The position numbers and the translations under genes are program-made. A stretch of DNA of 64,000 bases from the human T2T-CHM13v2.0 reference genome, Homo sapiens: NCBI RefSeq assembly GCF_009914755.1, contig NC_060926.1, one strand, 5' to 3'. Positions within the stretch are counted from its first letter, which is position 1. Every line of letters starts with the position of its first letter. Below, piece after piece: positions 35,439 to 48,071 of the stretch. The notes beneath the pieces are model-generated. The model was not told where the DNA came from. It ran no database searches and worked only from the letters and a program-made list of their open reading frames with translations.

Positions 35439-37218
35439 AGCGGAAAGTGGAACGAGACTTCAACACACCAGTGGGAAAACTCCTAGAGTAACTGCCATTG
35501 TCTGCAATACTATCCCGTTGGTATTTCCCAGTGGCTGAAAACCTGATTTTCTGCTGCACGTGGCATCTGATTACCTGTGGTCACTGAACACACGAATAAC
35601 TTGGATAGCAAATCCTGAGACAATGGAAAACCATTAACTTTACTTCATTGGCTTATAACCTTGTTGTTATTGAAACAGCACTTCTGTTTTTGAGTTTGTT
35701 TTAGCTAAAAAGAAGGAATACACACAGGAATAATGACCCCAAAAATGCTTAGATAAGGCCCCTATACACAGGACCTGACATTTAGCTCAATGATGCGTTT
35801 GTAAGAAATAAGCTCTAGTGATATCTGTGGGGGCAAAATTTAATTTGGATTTGATTTTTTAAAACAATGTTTACTGCGATTTCTATATTTCCACTTTGAA
35901 ACTATTTCTTGTTCCAGGTTTGTTCATTTGACAGAGTCAGTATTTTTTGCCAAATATCCAGATAACCAGTTTTCACATCTGAGACGTTACAAAGTATCTG
36001 CCTCAATTATTTCTGCTGGTTATAATGCTTTTTTTTTTTTGCCTTTATGCCATTGCAGTCTTGTACTTTTTACTGTGATGTACAGAAATAGTCAACAGAT
36101 GTTTCCAAGAACATATGATACGATAATCCTACCAATTTTCAAGAAGTCTCTAGAAAGAGATAACACATGGAAAGACGGTGTGGTGCAGCCCAGCCCACGG
36201 TGGCTGTTCCATGAATGCTGGCTACCTATGTGTGTGGTACCTGTTGTGTCCCTTTCTCTTCAAAGATCCTGAGCAAAACAAAGATACGCTTTCCATTTGA
36301 TGATGGAGTTGACATGGAGGCAGTGCTTGCATTGCTTTGTTCGCCTATCATCTGGCCACATGAGGCTGTCAAGCAAAAGAATAGGAGTGTAGTTGAGTAG
36401 CTGGTTGGCCCTACATCTCTGAGAAGTGACGGCACACTGGGTTGGCATAAGATATCCTAAAATCACGCTGGAACCTTGGGCAAGGAAGAATGTGAGCAAG
36501 AGTAGAGAGAGTGCCTGGATTTCATGTCAGTGAAGCCAAGTCACCATATCATATTTTTGAATGAACTCTGAGTCAGTTGAAATAGGGTACCATCTAGGTC
36601 AGTTTAAGAAGAGTCAGCTCAGAGAAAGCAAGCATAAGGGAAAATGTCACGTAAACTAGATCAGGGAACAAAATCCTCTCCTTGTGGAAATATCCCATGC
36701 AGTTTGTTGATACAACTTAGTATCTTATTGCCTAAAAAAAAATTTCTTATCATTGTTTCAAAAAAGCAAAATCATGGAAAATTTTTGTTGTCCAGGCAAA
36801 TAAAAGGTCATTTTAATTTAGCTGCAATTTCAGTGTTCCTCACTAGGTGGCATTTAAATGTCGCCTGATGTCATTAAGCACCATCCAAAAAGTCTGCTTC
36901 ATAATCTATTTTCAAGACTTGGTGATTCTGAAAGTTTTGGTTTTTGTGACTTTGTTTCTCAGGAAAAAAAATATTCCTACTTAAATTTTAAGTCTATAAT
37001 TCAATTTAAATATGTGTGTGTCTCATCCAGGATAGGATAGGTTGTCTTCTATTTTCCATTTTACCTATTTACTTTTTTTGTAAGAAAAGAGAAAAATGAA
37101 TTCTAAAGATGTTCCCCATGGGTTTTGATTGTGTCTAAGCTATGATGACCTTCATATAATCAGCATAAACATAAAACAAATTTTTTACTTAACATGAGTG
37201 CACTTTACTAATCCTCAT

Positions 37219-37511
37219 GGCACAGTGGCTCACGCCTGTAATCCCAGCACTTGGGAGGACAATGTGGGTGGATCACGAGGTCAGGAGTTCGAGAACAGCC
37301 TGGCCAACATGGTGAAACCCCGTCTCCACTAAAAATACAAAAATTAGCCAGGCATGGTGGCGTACACTTGTAATTCCAGCTACTCAAGAGGCTGAGGCAG
37401 GAGGATTGCTTGAACCCTGAAGGCAGAGGTTACAGAGCCAAGATAGCGCCACTGCACTCCAGCCTGGATGACACAGCAAGACTCCGTCTCAAAAAAAAAA
37501 AAAAAAAAAAA
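37219..37511 (+). mobile_element. AluS-like element inside the RSAD2 3' UTR
   Basis: Sense Alu body ending in a ~21-nt A tail. Confidence 0.9.
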
Positions 37512-37708
37512 GCAAGAGAGTTCAACTAAGAAAGGTCACATATGTGAAAGCCCAAGGACACTGTTTGATATACAGCAGGTATTCAATCAGTGTTATTTGA
37601 AACCAAATCTGAATTTGAAGTTTGAATCTTCTGAGTTGGAATGAATTTTTTTCTAGCTGAGGGAAACTGTATTTTTCTTTCCCCAAAGAGGAATGTAATG
37701 TAAAGTGA

Positions 37709-37714
37709 AATAAA
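37709..37714 (+). terminator. RSAD2 distal polyadenylation signal
   Basis: AATAAA with upstream TGTA motifs (gaatgtaatgtaaag) and T-rich downstream sequence. Confidence 0.75.
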
Positions 37715-38323
37715 ACTATAAGCTATGTTAAATACATTTTCAGCTGTTTTATCCACCATTATTCACAGGCCACGCCCACACCACCCCCACCCCCACCACC
37801 ACCACCTAATGCACTGTCAGGATTTGCAAGGCCTTAATGTTTAAAATATTCAAATGTTAATTTCTCTTAAAGGGGAGAAATAAGGACTTCTAACATTAGA
37901 GTAAATTCAAATTCAGCCTATATAGTGTTTTGCTTTATGTTTTCAGTTTTAAATGTGAGTGTTAGTTTTGTAAAACACATTTAATTGGGAAAGCAAGGAA
38001 CAATTTCACGGAGGTATCTTATGTGTTAAGGGAAGATATTTTATGTTGCATTTAATTCTTTCTTTTTTTAATCCAAAATTTTATTTGACCATGTTTGTCT
38101 AGAAGTGACAATATTGTTTCTTACGTTAACTAGAACTGGAGCCTGGAGATAGAAAATAAGTCTAGTTACATAAAAATTTTAAATTTATGCACATTTGAAT
38201 TTATCAATTATGAATATATACACTCTACACAATGAATAGTGGAGAATAATGAAAGTAGCAAACCATTGTATATGTCAAAGTAATTTCTATAGCATATATA
38301 TATGTGTGTGTATGTGTATGTGT

Positions 38324-41300
38324 ATTATACTTTAAGTTCTGGGATACATGCGCAGAACGTGCAGGTTTGTTACATAGGTATACACGTGCCATGGTGGTTT
38401 GCTGCACCCATCAACCCGTCATCTATATTAGATATTTCTCCTAATGCTATCCCTCCCCTAACCCCCCACCCCCCAACAGGCCCCAGTGTGTGATGTTCCC
38501 CTCCCTGTGTCCATGTGTTCTCATTGTTCAACTCCCACTTATGAGTGAGAACATGCATTGTTTGGTTTTCTATTCTCGTGTCAGTTTGCTGAGAATGATG
38601 GTTTCCAGCTTCATCCATGTCCCTGAAAAGGACATGAACTCATCCTTTTTTATGGCTGGATAGTATTCCATGGTGTATATGTGCCACATTGTTTTTATCC
38701 AGTCTATCATTCATGGGCATTTGGGTTGGTTCCAAGTCTTTGCTATTTGTGAACAGCACTGCAATAAACATACGTGTGCATGTGTGTTTATAGTAGAATG
38801 ATTTATAATCCTTTGGGTATATACCCAGTAATGGGATTGCTGAGTCAAATGGTATTTCTGGTTCTAGATCCTTGAGGAATCACCACAATGTCTTCCACAA
38901 TGGTTGAACTAATTTACAATCCCACCAACAATATAAAAGCATTCCTGTTTCTCCACATCCTCTCCAACATCTGTCATTTCCTGACTTTTTAATGATTGCC
39001 ATTCTAACAGGCGTGAGATGGTATTTCTCATTGTGGTTTTGATTTGATTTGATTTCTCTAATGACCAGTGTTGTTGACCTTTTTTTCATATGTTTGTTGG
39101 CCACATAAATGTCTTCTTCTGAGAAGTGTCTGTTTATATCCTTTGCCCACTTTTGGATGGGTTTGTTTGTTTTTTTCTTGTAAATTTGTTTAAGTTCCTT
39201 GTAGATTCTGGGTATTAGCCCTTTGTCAGGTGGCTAAATTGCAAAAATTTTCTCCCATTCCATAGGTTGCTTGTTCACTCTGATGAAAGTTTCTTTTGCT
39301 GTGCAGAAGCTCTTTAGTTTAGTTAGATCCCATTTGTCAATTTTGGCTTTTGTTGCCATTGCTTTTGGTGTTTTAGTCATGAAGTCTTTGCCCATGCCTA
39401 TGTCCTGAGTGGTATTGCCTAGGTTTTGTTCTAGGGTTTTTATGATTTTATGTCTTACGTTTAAGTCTTTAATCCATCTTGAATAAATTTTTGTATAAGG
39501 TGTAAGGAAGGGGTCCAATTTCAGTTTTCTGCATATGGCTAGCCAGTTTTCCCAACACAATTTATTAAATAGGAAATCCTTTCCCCATTGCTTATTTTTG
39601 TCAGGTTTCTCAAAGATCAGATGGTTGTAGATGTGTGGCATGATTTCTGAGGCCTCTGTTCTGTTCCATTGGTCTATATATCTGTTTTGGTACCAGTACC
39701 ATACTGTTTTGGTTACTGTAGCCTTGTACTCTAGTTTGAAGTCAGGTCGCGTGATGCCTCCAGCTTTGTTCTTTTTGCTTAGGATTGTCTTGGCTCTATG
39801 GGCTCTTTTTTGGTTCCAAATAAAATTTAAAGTAGTTTTTCCCAATTCTGTGAAGAAAGTCGATGGTAGCTTGATGGATATAGCATTGAATCCACGAATT
39901 ACTTTGGGCAGTATGGCCATTTTCACTATATCGATTCTTCCTATCCATGAGCGTGGAATGTTTTTCCATTTGTTTGTGTCTCTCTTGTTTCCTTGAGCAG
40001 TGGTTTGTAGTTCTCCTTGAAGAGGTCTTTCACATCCCTTGTAAGTTGTATTCCTAGATATTTTATTCTCTTTGTAGCAATTGTGAATGGGAGTTCACTC
40101 ATAATTTGGCTCTCTATTTGTCTACTGGTGTAGAGGAATACTTGTGATTTTTGCACATTGATTTTGTATCCTGAGACTTTGCCAAAGTTGCTTATCAGCT
40201 TAAAAAGATTTTGGGCTGAGACGATGGGGTTTTCTAAATATACGATCCTGTCATCTGCCAACAGAGACAATTTGACTTCCTCTCTTCCTATTTCAATACC
40301 CTTTATTTCTTTCTCTTGCCTGATTGCCCTGGCCAGAACTTCCAATACTATGCTGAATAGGAGTGGTGAGAAAGGGCATCATTGTCTTGTGCCAGTTTTC
40401 AAAGGGAATGCTTCCAGCTTTTGGCCATTCAGTATGATATTGGCTGTAGGTTTGTCATAATTAACTCTGATTATTTTGAGATACGTTCCATCAATACCTA
40501 GTTTACTGAGAGTTTTTAGTATGAAGGGGTGTTGAATTTTATCAAAGACCTTTTCTGCATCTATTGAGATAATCATGTGGTTTTTGTCATTGGTTCTATT
40601 TATGTGATGGATTACATTTATTGATTTGCGTATGTTGAACCAGTCTTGCATTTCAGGGATGAAGCCGACTTGATCACAGTAGATCAGCTCTTTGATGTGC
40701 TGCTGGATTCGATTTGCCAGTATTTTATTGAGGTTTTTCATATCAATGTTCATCAGGGATATTGGCCTGAAATTTTCTTTTTTTGTTGTGTCTCTGCCAG
40801 GTTTTGGTATCAGGATGATGCTGGCCTCATAAATGAGTTAGGGAGGAGTCCATCTTTTTCTATTGTTTGTAATCATTTCAGAAAGAATGATACCAGCTCC
40901 TCTTTGTACCTCTAGTAGAATTCGGCTGTGCATCCATCTGGTCCTGGGCTTTTTTTTTGGTTGGTAGGCTATTAATTACTGCCTCAATTTCAGAACTTGT
41001 TATTGGTCTATTCTGGGATTCGACTTCTTCCTGGTTTAGTCTTGGGAGGGTGTATGTGTCCAGGAATTTATCCATTTCTTCTAGATTTTCTAGTTTATTT
41101 GCATAGAGGTGTTTATAGTATTCTCTAATGGCAGTTTGTATTTCTGTGGGATCAGTGGTGCTATCCCCTTTATCATTTTTTATTGTGCCTATTTGATTCT
41201 TCTCTCTTTTCTTCTTTGTTAGTCTGGCTAGCAGTCTATCTATTTTGTTGATCTTTTCAAAAAAACTAGCTCCTGGATTCATTGATTTTTTTGAAGTGCT

Positions 41301-44300
41301 TTTCATGTTTTTATCTCCTTCAGTTCTGCTCTGATCATAGTTATTTCTTGTCTTCTGCTAGCTTTTGAATTTATTTACTCTTGCTTCTCCAGTTTTTTTA
41401 ATTGTGATGTTAGGGTGTCGATTTTAGATCCTTCTCACTTTCTCCTGGGGGCATTTAGTGCTATAAATTTCCCTCTAAACACTGCTTTAGCTGTGTCCCA
41501 GAGATTCTGGTATGTTGTGTCTCTGTTTTCACTGGTTTCAAAGAACTTATTTATTTCTACCTTCATTTCGTTACTTACCCAGTAGTAATTCAGGAGCAGG
41601 TTGTTCAGTTTTCATGTAGTTGTGCGGTTTTGAGTGAGTTTCTTAATCCTGAGTTCTAATTTGATTGCACTGTGGTCTGAGAGATTGTTTGTTATGATTT
41701 CTGTTGTTTTGCATGTGGTAAGGAGTGTTTTGCTTCCAATTATGTGGTCATTAGAATAAGTGTGATGTGGTGCTGAGAAGAATGTATATTCTGTTGATTT
41801 GGGGTGGAGAGTTTTGTAGATGTCTATTAGGTCTGCTCAGTCCAGAGCTGAGTTCAAGTCCTGAATATCCTTGTTAATTTTCTGTCTCATTGATCTGTCT
41901 AATGTGGACAGCAGGGTGTTAAAGTCTCCCACTATTATTGTGTGAGAGTCTAAGTCTCTTTGTAGGTCTCTAAAAACTTGCTTTATGAATCAGGTTGCTT
42001 CTGTATTGGGTGCATGTATATTTAGGATAGTTAGCTCCTCTTGTTGCATCGGTCCCTTTACCATTACGTAATGCCCTTCTTTGTCTTTTTTGATCTTTGT
42101 TGGTTTAAATTCTGTTTTATCAGAGACTAGGATTGCAACCCCTGCTTTTTTTTTTCTTTCCATTTGATTGGTAAATATTCCTCCATCCCTTTATTTTGAG
42201 CCTATGTGTGTCTTTACACATGAGATGGGTCTCCTGAATACAGCACACCGATGGGTCTTGACTCTTCATGCAATCTGCCAGTCTGTGCCTTTTAATTGGG
42301 TCATTTAGCCCATTTACATTTAAGGTTAATATTGTTATGTGTAAATTTGATCCTGTCATTATGATGCTAGTTGGTTATTTTGCCCGTTAATTGATGCAGT
42401 TTCTTCATAGTGTTGTTGGTCTTTACAATTTGGTATGTTTTTGCAGTGCCTGGTACCAGTTTTTCCTTTCAATATTTAGTGCTTCCTTCAGGAGCTCTTG
42501 TAAGCCAGGCCTGGTAGTGACAGAATCCCTCAACATTTATTTGTCTGTAAAGGATTTTATTTCTCCTTTGTTAATGAAGCTTCCTTTGGCTGGATATGAA
42601 ATTCTGTGTTGAAAATTCTTTTTTTTTTTAAGTGTTCAATATTGGCCCTCACTCTCTTCTGGCTTGCACAGTTTCTGTAGAGAGATCTGCTGTTAGTCTG
42701 ATGGGCTTCCCTTTGTGGGTAACCTAGCCTTTCTCTCTGGCTGCCCTTAATATTTTTCCTTCATTTCAACCTTGGTAAATTTGACAATTATGTGTCTTGG
42801 GATTGTTCTTGAGGAGTATCTTTGTGGTGTTCTCTGTATTTCCTAATTTGAATGTTGGCCTGTCTTGCTAGGTTGGGGAAGTTCTCCTGGATGATATCCT
42901 GAAGTGTTTTCCAACTTGGTTCCATTATCCTCGTCTCTTTCAGGTACACCAATTAAACGTAGATTTGGTCTTTTCACATAATCCCATATTTCTTGGAGGC
43001 TTTGTTTGTTCCTTTGCATTCTTTTTTCTCTAATCTTGTCTTCACGCTTTATTTCATTAAGTTGATCTTCAATCTTTGATATCATTTCTTCCACTTGATC
43101 GATTCGGCTATTGATACTTGTGTATGCTTCATGAAGTTCTTGTGCTGTGTTTTTCAGCTCTATCAGGTCATTTATGTTCTTCTCTAAACTGGTTATTCTA
43201 GTTAGCAGTTCCTGTAACCTTTTATCAAGGTTCTTAGCTTCCTTGCATTGGGTTAGGACATGCTCCTTTAGCTTGGAGGAGTTTGTTGTTACCCACCTTC
43301 TGAAGTCTACCTCTGTCAGTCTGTCAAACTCATTCTGCATCCAGTTTTGTTTCCTTGCTGGTGGGGAGTTGTGATCCTTTGGAGGAGAAGAGGCATTGTG
43401 GTTTTTGGAATTTTCAGCATTTTTGTGCTGGTTTTTCCTCATCTTTGTGGATTTATCTACCTTTCATCTTTGATGTTGGTGACCTTTGGATGGGGTTTTT
43501 GCATGGGCATCCTTTCTGTGGATGTTGATGTTACTGATTTCTATTTGTTAGTTTTCCATCTAACAGTCAGACCCCTCTTCCGCAGGTCTGCTGGAGTTTG
43601 CCGGAGGTCCACTCCCGACCTTGTTTCCCTGATTAGCACCAGCAGAGGCTGCAGAACAGCAAATATTGCTGCCTGCTTCTTCCTCTGGAAGCTTTGTTCC
43701 AGAGGGTCGCCTGCCAGATGCCAGCTGGAACTCTCCTGTATGAGGTGTCTGTTGACCCCTGCTGGGAGGTATCTCCCAGTCAGGAGGCACGGGGGTCAGG
43801 GACCCAATTGAGGAGGCAATCTGTCCCTTAGCAGAGCTTGAGTGCTGTGCTGGGAGATCCGCTGCTCTCTTCAGAGCCAGCAGGCAGGAACATTTAAGTC
43901 TGCTGAAGCTGCGCCCACAGCCGCTCCTCCCGCCAGGTGCTCTGTCCCAAGGAGATGGGAGTTTTATCTGTAAGCTCCTGACTGGGGCTGGGGCTGCTGC
44001 CTTTCTTTTTTCTTTTTTTTTTTTTGTTTTTTTTTTGAGACAGAGTCTCGCTGTGTTGCCCAGGCTGGAGCGCAGTCGCCCAATCTTAGCTCACTGCAAC
44101 TTCTGCCTCCTGGGTTCAAGTGATTCTCCTCCCTCAGCCTCCTGAGTACCTGGGATTACAGGTGTGCACCACCATGCCCATCTAATTTTTGTATTTTTAA
44201 TAGAGACGGGGTTTCACCGTGTTGGTCAGGTTGGTCTTGAACATCTGACCTTGTGATCCACCCACCTTGGCCTCCCAAAGTGCTGGAATTACAGGTGTGA

Positions 44301-45118
44301 GCCACCACACCTGGCCAGGCTGCTGCCTTTCTTTCAGAAATGCCCTGCCCAGAGAGGAGGAATCTAGAGAATCAGTCTGGCTAGAGCCACTTTGCTGTGC
44401 TGTGGTGGGCTCTACCCAGTTTGAACTTCCCAGCAGCTTTGTTTGAACTGTGAGGAGAAAACCACCTACTCAAGCCTCAGTAATGGCAGACGCCCCTCCC
44501 CGCCACCAAGCTCAAGTGTCCCAGGTTGACTTCAGACTGCTGTGCTGGCAGCAAGAATTTCAAACCAGTGGATCTTAGCTTGCTGGGCTCTGGGGGGGTG
44601 GGATCCGCTGAGCAAGAGCACTTGGCTCCCTGGCTTCAACCCCCTTTCCAGGGGAATGAACGGTTCTGTCTCACTGGTATTCCAGGGGCCACTGGGGTGT
44701 GAAAAAAAACTCCTGCAGCTAGCTCGGTGTCTGCCCAAATGGCCACCCAATTTTGTGCTTGAAACCTAGGTCCCTGGTGGAGAAGGCACCTGAGGGAATC
44801 TCCTGGTCTGTGGGTTGTGAAGACCACGGGAAAAGCATAGTAACTGGGCTGGATAGCACTGTTCCTCACAGCACCATCCCTCATGGCTTCCTTTGGCTAG
44901 GGGAAGGTGTTCCCTGACCCCTTGTGCTTCCTGGGTGAGGCGATGCCCCACCCTGCTTTGGCTCACCCTCCATGGGCTGCACCTGCTGTCCAACTAGTCC
45001 CAATGAGATGAGCCAGGTACCTCAGTTGGAAATGCAGAAATCACCCGCCTTCTTTGTTGGTCTTGTTGGGAGCTGCAGACCAGAGCTGTTCCTATTTGGC
45101 CATCTTGTCAGCCCTCCA
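38324..45118 (-). mobile_element. Near-full-length LINE-1 (L1PA7/8-like), ORFs disrupted
   Basis: 5' UTR start (CAAGATGGCCAAATAGGAACAGCTC on minus), ORF1 fragment 42843-43442, endonuclease MTGSNLHITILTLNVNGLN at 42359, RT fragments 39234-41306, and 3' UTR. About 6.5 kb excluding the Alu; many stops and frameshifts. Confidence 0.95.
44009..44316 (-). mobile_element. AluS inserted in the L1 5' UTR
   Basis: Antisense Alu with TSD GGCTGCTGCCTTTCTTT at 43992-44008 and 44318-44334. Confidence 0.92.
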
Positions 45119-45635
45119 GGTCAAGTTTAATCACACAAAACACCCCCATATATGCTTAGGAGAACTATAGCAAGTCCACGTCAGATGCTACTAAAATGGA
45201 CTTAAAAGATCAGAAAGATTGCAACAATATTTATTTTTATTATTATTAAAAATACACATTTGTAGGATATTTGAAAACAGAGTAAAACAAAATGAAGAAA
45301 ATTAAAATTACCCATAATTGTATCACATAGAGGTAACTGGTAATTTAGCTCACATCTGTCCAGTCATATATATTGCTTAATAGAATTGCATTCTTACTCA
45401 ATACTTTTATTTTTCACATTATATCTTCTGAAGCTTTTTAAAGTTAATTAGCATTTTGTACTTTAATGAGAACAGCCAGTTCTTAACAATTCACACTAAT
45501 AGATGAGAAAACATTCAATGGCATTAAAAAGTCAGAGCTCATTTGAAAAAAAAAAACACTGGATTTGTTTTTGAGTTGTTTACATATTTGTTTATGGATG
45601 TAAGTGGTATCCTATTAATTTTAGTAATATTCTCT

Positions 45636-45639
<4 letters not shown>

Positions 45640-45690
<51 letters not shown>
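45640..45690. repeat. (CA)n microsatellite, ~25 units
   Basis: Direct inspection. Confidence 0.95.
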
Positions 45691-45692
<2 letters not shown>

Positions 45693-46035
45693 GCTCTGTG
45701 AAAGTTCATTCTTGGGGAATCTGGAAAACTGCCCAAACATTGTTTACTTTTTTCATTCAGGGCCACCTCAACTTGTTCCTAAACCCCTCTCAGCAACACA
45801 TCTGAATAGACTGACCTTTGTCAGTTCTCTTCCTGGGTTATATTCAGCTTTATCTTTTATGTTTTCTGACATCTATTTGTGGGGATAACCAGAAAACCTG
45901 TGTATATGTGTAGTTGGTGGTATCTACTTTTGTGAAGAATACCTCATTTTTCATTAAATCATAACTCAGATATCACTTTTTCCTGGAAGCCTAGTAGACA
46001 GCAGGCATTTGAATGCTGGTTGAGTCAAACTGACC

Positions 46036-46376
46036 TGAATTAGTCAGCTCAGGCTGCCATAAAAACATACCGTATACCATGTGGCAGAAACAATACACAT
46101 ATATTTCTCTGGAGGCTGGAAGTCCAAGATCAAGGTGCCAACTGGTTAAGTTCCTGGTCAGGCTTCTTTCCCTGGCTTGCAGATGGCTGCCTTGTCCCTG
46201 TGTTCTCACATGGAGGAGACAGGGATCTCTCTCCTCTTAAAAGGCCACCATCATTTTGCATAAGGACTTCATTTGAACTTAACTACCTGCTAAAGACCCT
46301 GTGTCCAGATATAGTCACACAGGGGATCAGAGCTTTGACATGTGAGTTTTGGAAGGAGACCATTCAGTCCATAGCA
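46036..46376 (-). mobile_element. MLT1-type MaLR solo LTR
   Basis: ttagtcagctcaggctgccataa...ctggaggctggaagtccaagatcaaggtgcca...cattcagtccatagca. Confidence 0.75.
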
Positions 46377-47714
46377 TGATCCATCATTTAAATGGTAAGA
46401 TGCAATATACCTAATAGATTTGACCTGACTTTGATGCCATTTAATAGATTTGACTTGACTTTGTCTGATGGCAGTTAATAAAGCCACTTCTATTGAAGTA
46501 GGCAGTGCTGTGAGTATTATGACTTGGGGCCCCATGGACGTTTCCAGTCCTTTAAATATTGCCTCCATCCGCTGTGACAGAGCCTGAAATGTCTTCGTTG
46601 TGATTAAACTTGCAGTTTCTCCACTGATTTTCTGTAAAACTGAGGGAGTCTGGGGAATTAGCAAACATTAATCTTGTTCTTCAAGTTGTCGTTGGGATGT
46701 GTCAGCCCCACCTTTCTCTCAGGTATTGGCCAGGAGAGGGAAAAGCAGGGAACAGAGAGCAAACTTAAGCTATTTCCTACCTATTTGCCTACCACAACCT
46801 GTTGATGCCTGGCAAGATCCTTGTAGTTGAAAGATTTAATTCAGGAACAGCTTGGTGCATATCTACTGTGTGGTGAGACCTGTGCCAGACGCTATGGGGA
46901 ATATCCAAGAAGAAGAGTCAGGCTTTTCATCTTTGAGAAATTTACAAATGTTAGGACAAGAGTTAGACACACGAGAGAGTTAAACAACTGAGTAAGAGAG
47001 GCAAAGCAGTGATAGAAAAGGCACCTGCCGTGGGGACAGCCTGGCTTGAGCTGCAGTACCGTGTTTGATTAAGGGTGCGATACTTAGGTTCACAAAGGCC
47101 CAGTTTCCTCATCAGCAAAATGAGGGATCAATGCAGATTAGTGTAAGGACTTGAGTTAATTATACAAACAGCTCTTGGTGGCCTCTGGTAACTACTAACA
47201 GTTACCAATGAGTTCACATCATGTGAAAGCCATCCTTCATAATCTGAGGTAATGCAGGACAAAATAGATAAAAACTCATGGCACAGTTTGAAGTCCTGAT
47301 AATTGTCATGAGCAAAAAGAGAGGACATTTGGGTTTTGGGGAAGAACACCTTAGAGAACAGGAGGCTTAAGATGGCTGCCCGTTAGTTAACTTACTCATT
47401 TAGTATGCACCTATGATGTATCAGCTTTTATAGCAAGTGCTAAAAACACAAAAATGAGCATAAGATTGTTTTGTCGCTAAGGTGCTCAAAGTTTAGTGGA
47501 GAAGGCAGTCTTGTAAACGAATAGGTAAAATAAGTGTTGAAGGATGGTAGAAGTAGCAACAAAGTTTTAACACACACACAGACACACAAAACATGGAGGA
47601 CTCTGGTGGTCTTTCATTCTACATCTTAATGGGAATATTGAGATGAGCGCTTCGCCAGAGCTCAGGTCTGAAAAATCCGGTAGAACATAAACTTCTAAAA
47701 ATGTTCTGACTACT

Positions 47715-48071
47715 CATCCATAAAAAAAGAATGAATTAACGGCATTTGCAGCAACTTGAATGAGATTGGAGACTATTATTCTAAGTGAAGTAACTCAGGA
47801 ATGGAAAACCAAAGGTTGTATGTTATCATACTTAAGTGGGAGCTAAGCTATCAGGATGCAAAGGCATAAGAATGACACAGTGGGCCTTGGGGACTCAGTA
47901 GGAAAGGGTGGGATGTGGGTGAGGGATAAAAGACTACAAATTGGGTGCAGTGTATACTGCTCGGGTGATGGGTGCCAAAGTTTCACAAATCACCACTACA
48001 GAATTTACTCATGTAGCCAAACACCACATGTTCCCCAATAACCTATGGAAACAAAAAACAAAACAAAAAAA
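47715..48071 (+). mobile_element. 5'-truncated L1 3' end (L1PB/L1MA-like)
   Basis: gagactattattctaagtgaagtaactcaggaatggaaaacc...tgttccccaataacctatggaaa followed by an A-rich tail. Confidence 0.8.

Larger units (their letters stand above)
35439..37740 (+). other. RSAD2: RSAD2 3' UTR (~2.3 kb)
   Basis: Runs from the stop codon to the distal AATAAA (37709-37714); a proximal AATAAA lies at 36799-36804. End inferred. Confidence 0.7.

Noticed and set aside
39234-43442. L1 ORF1/ORF2 pieces as functional genes
   Set aside because: Fragmented by stops and frameshifts; dead element.
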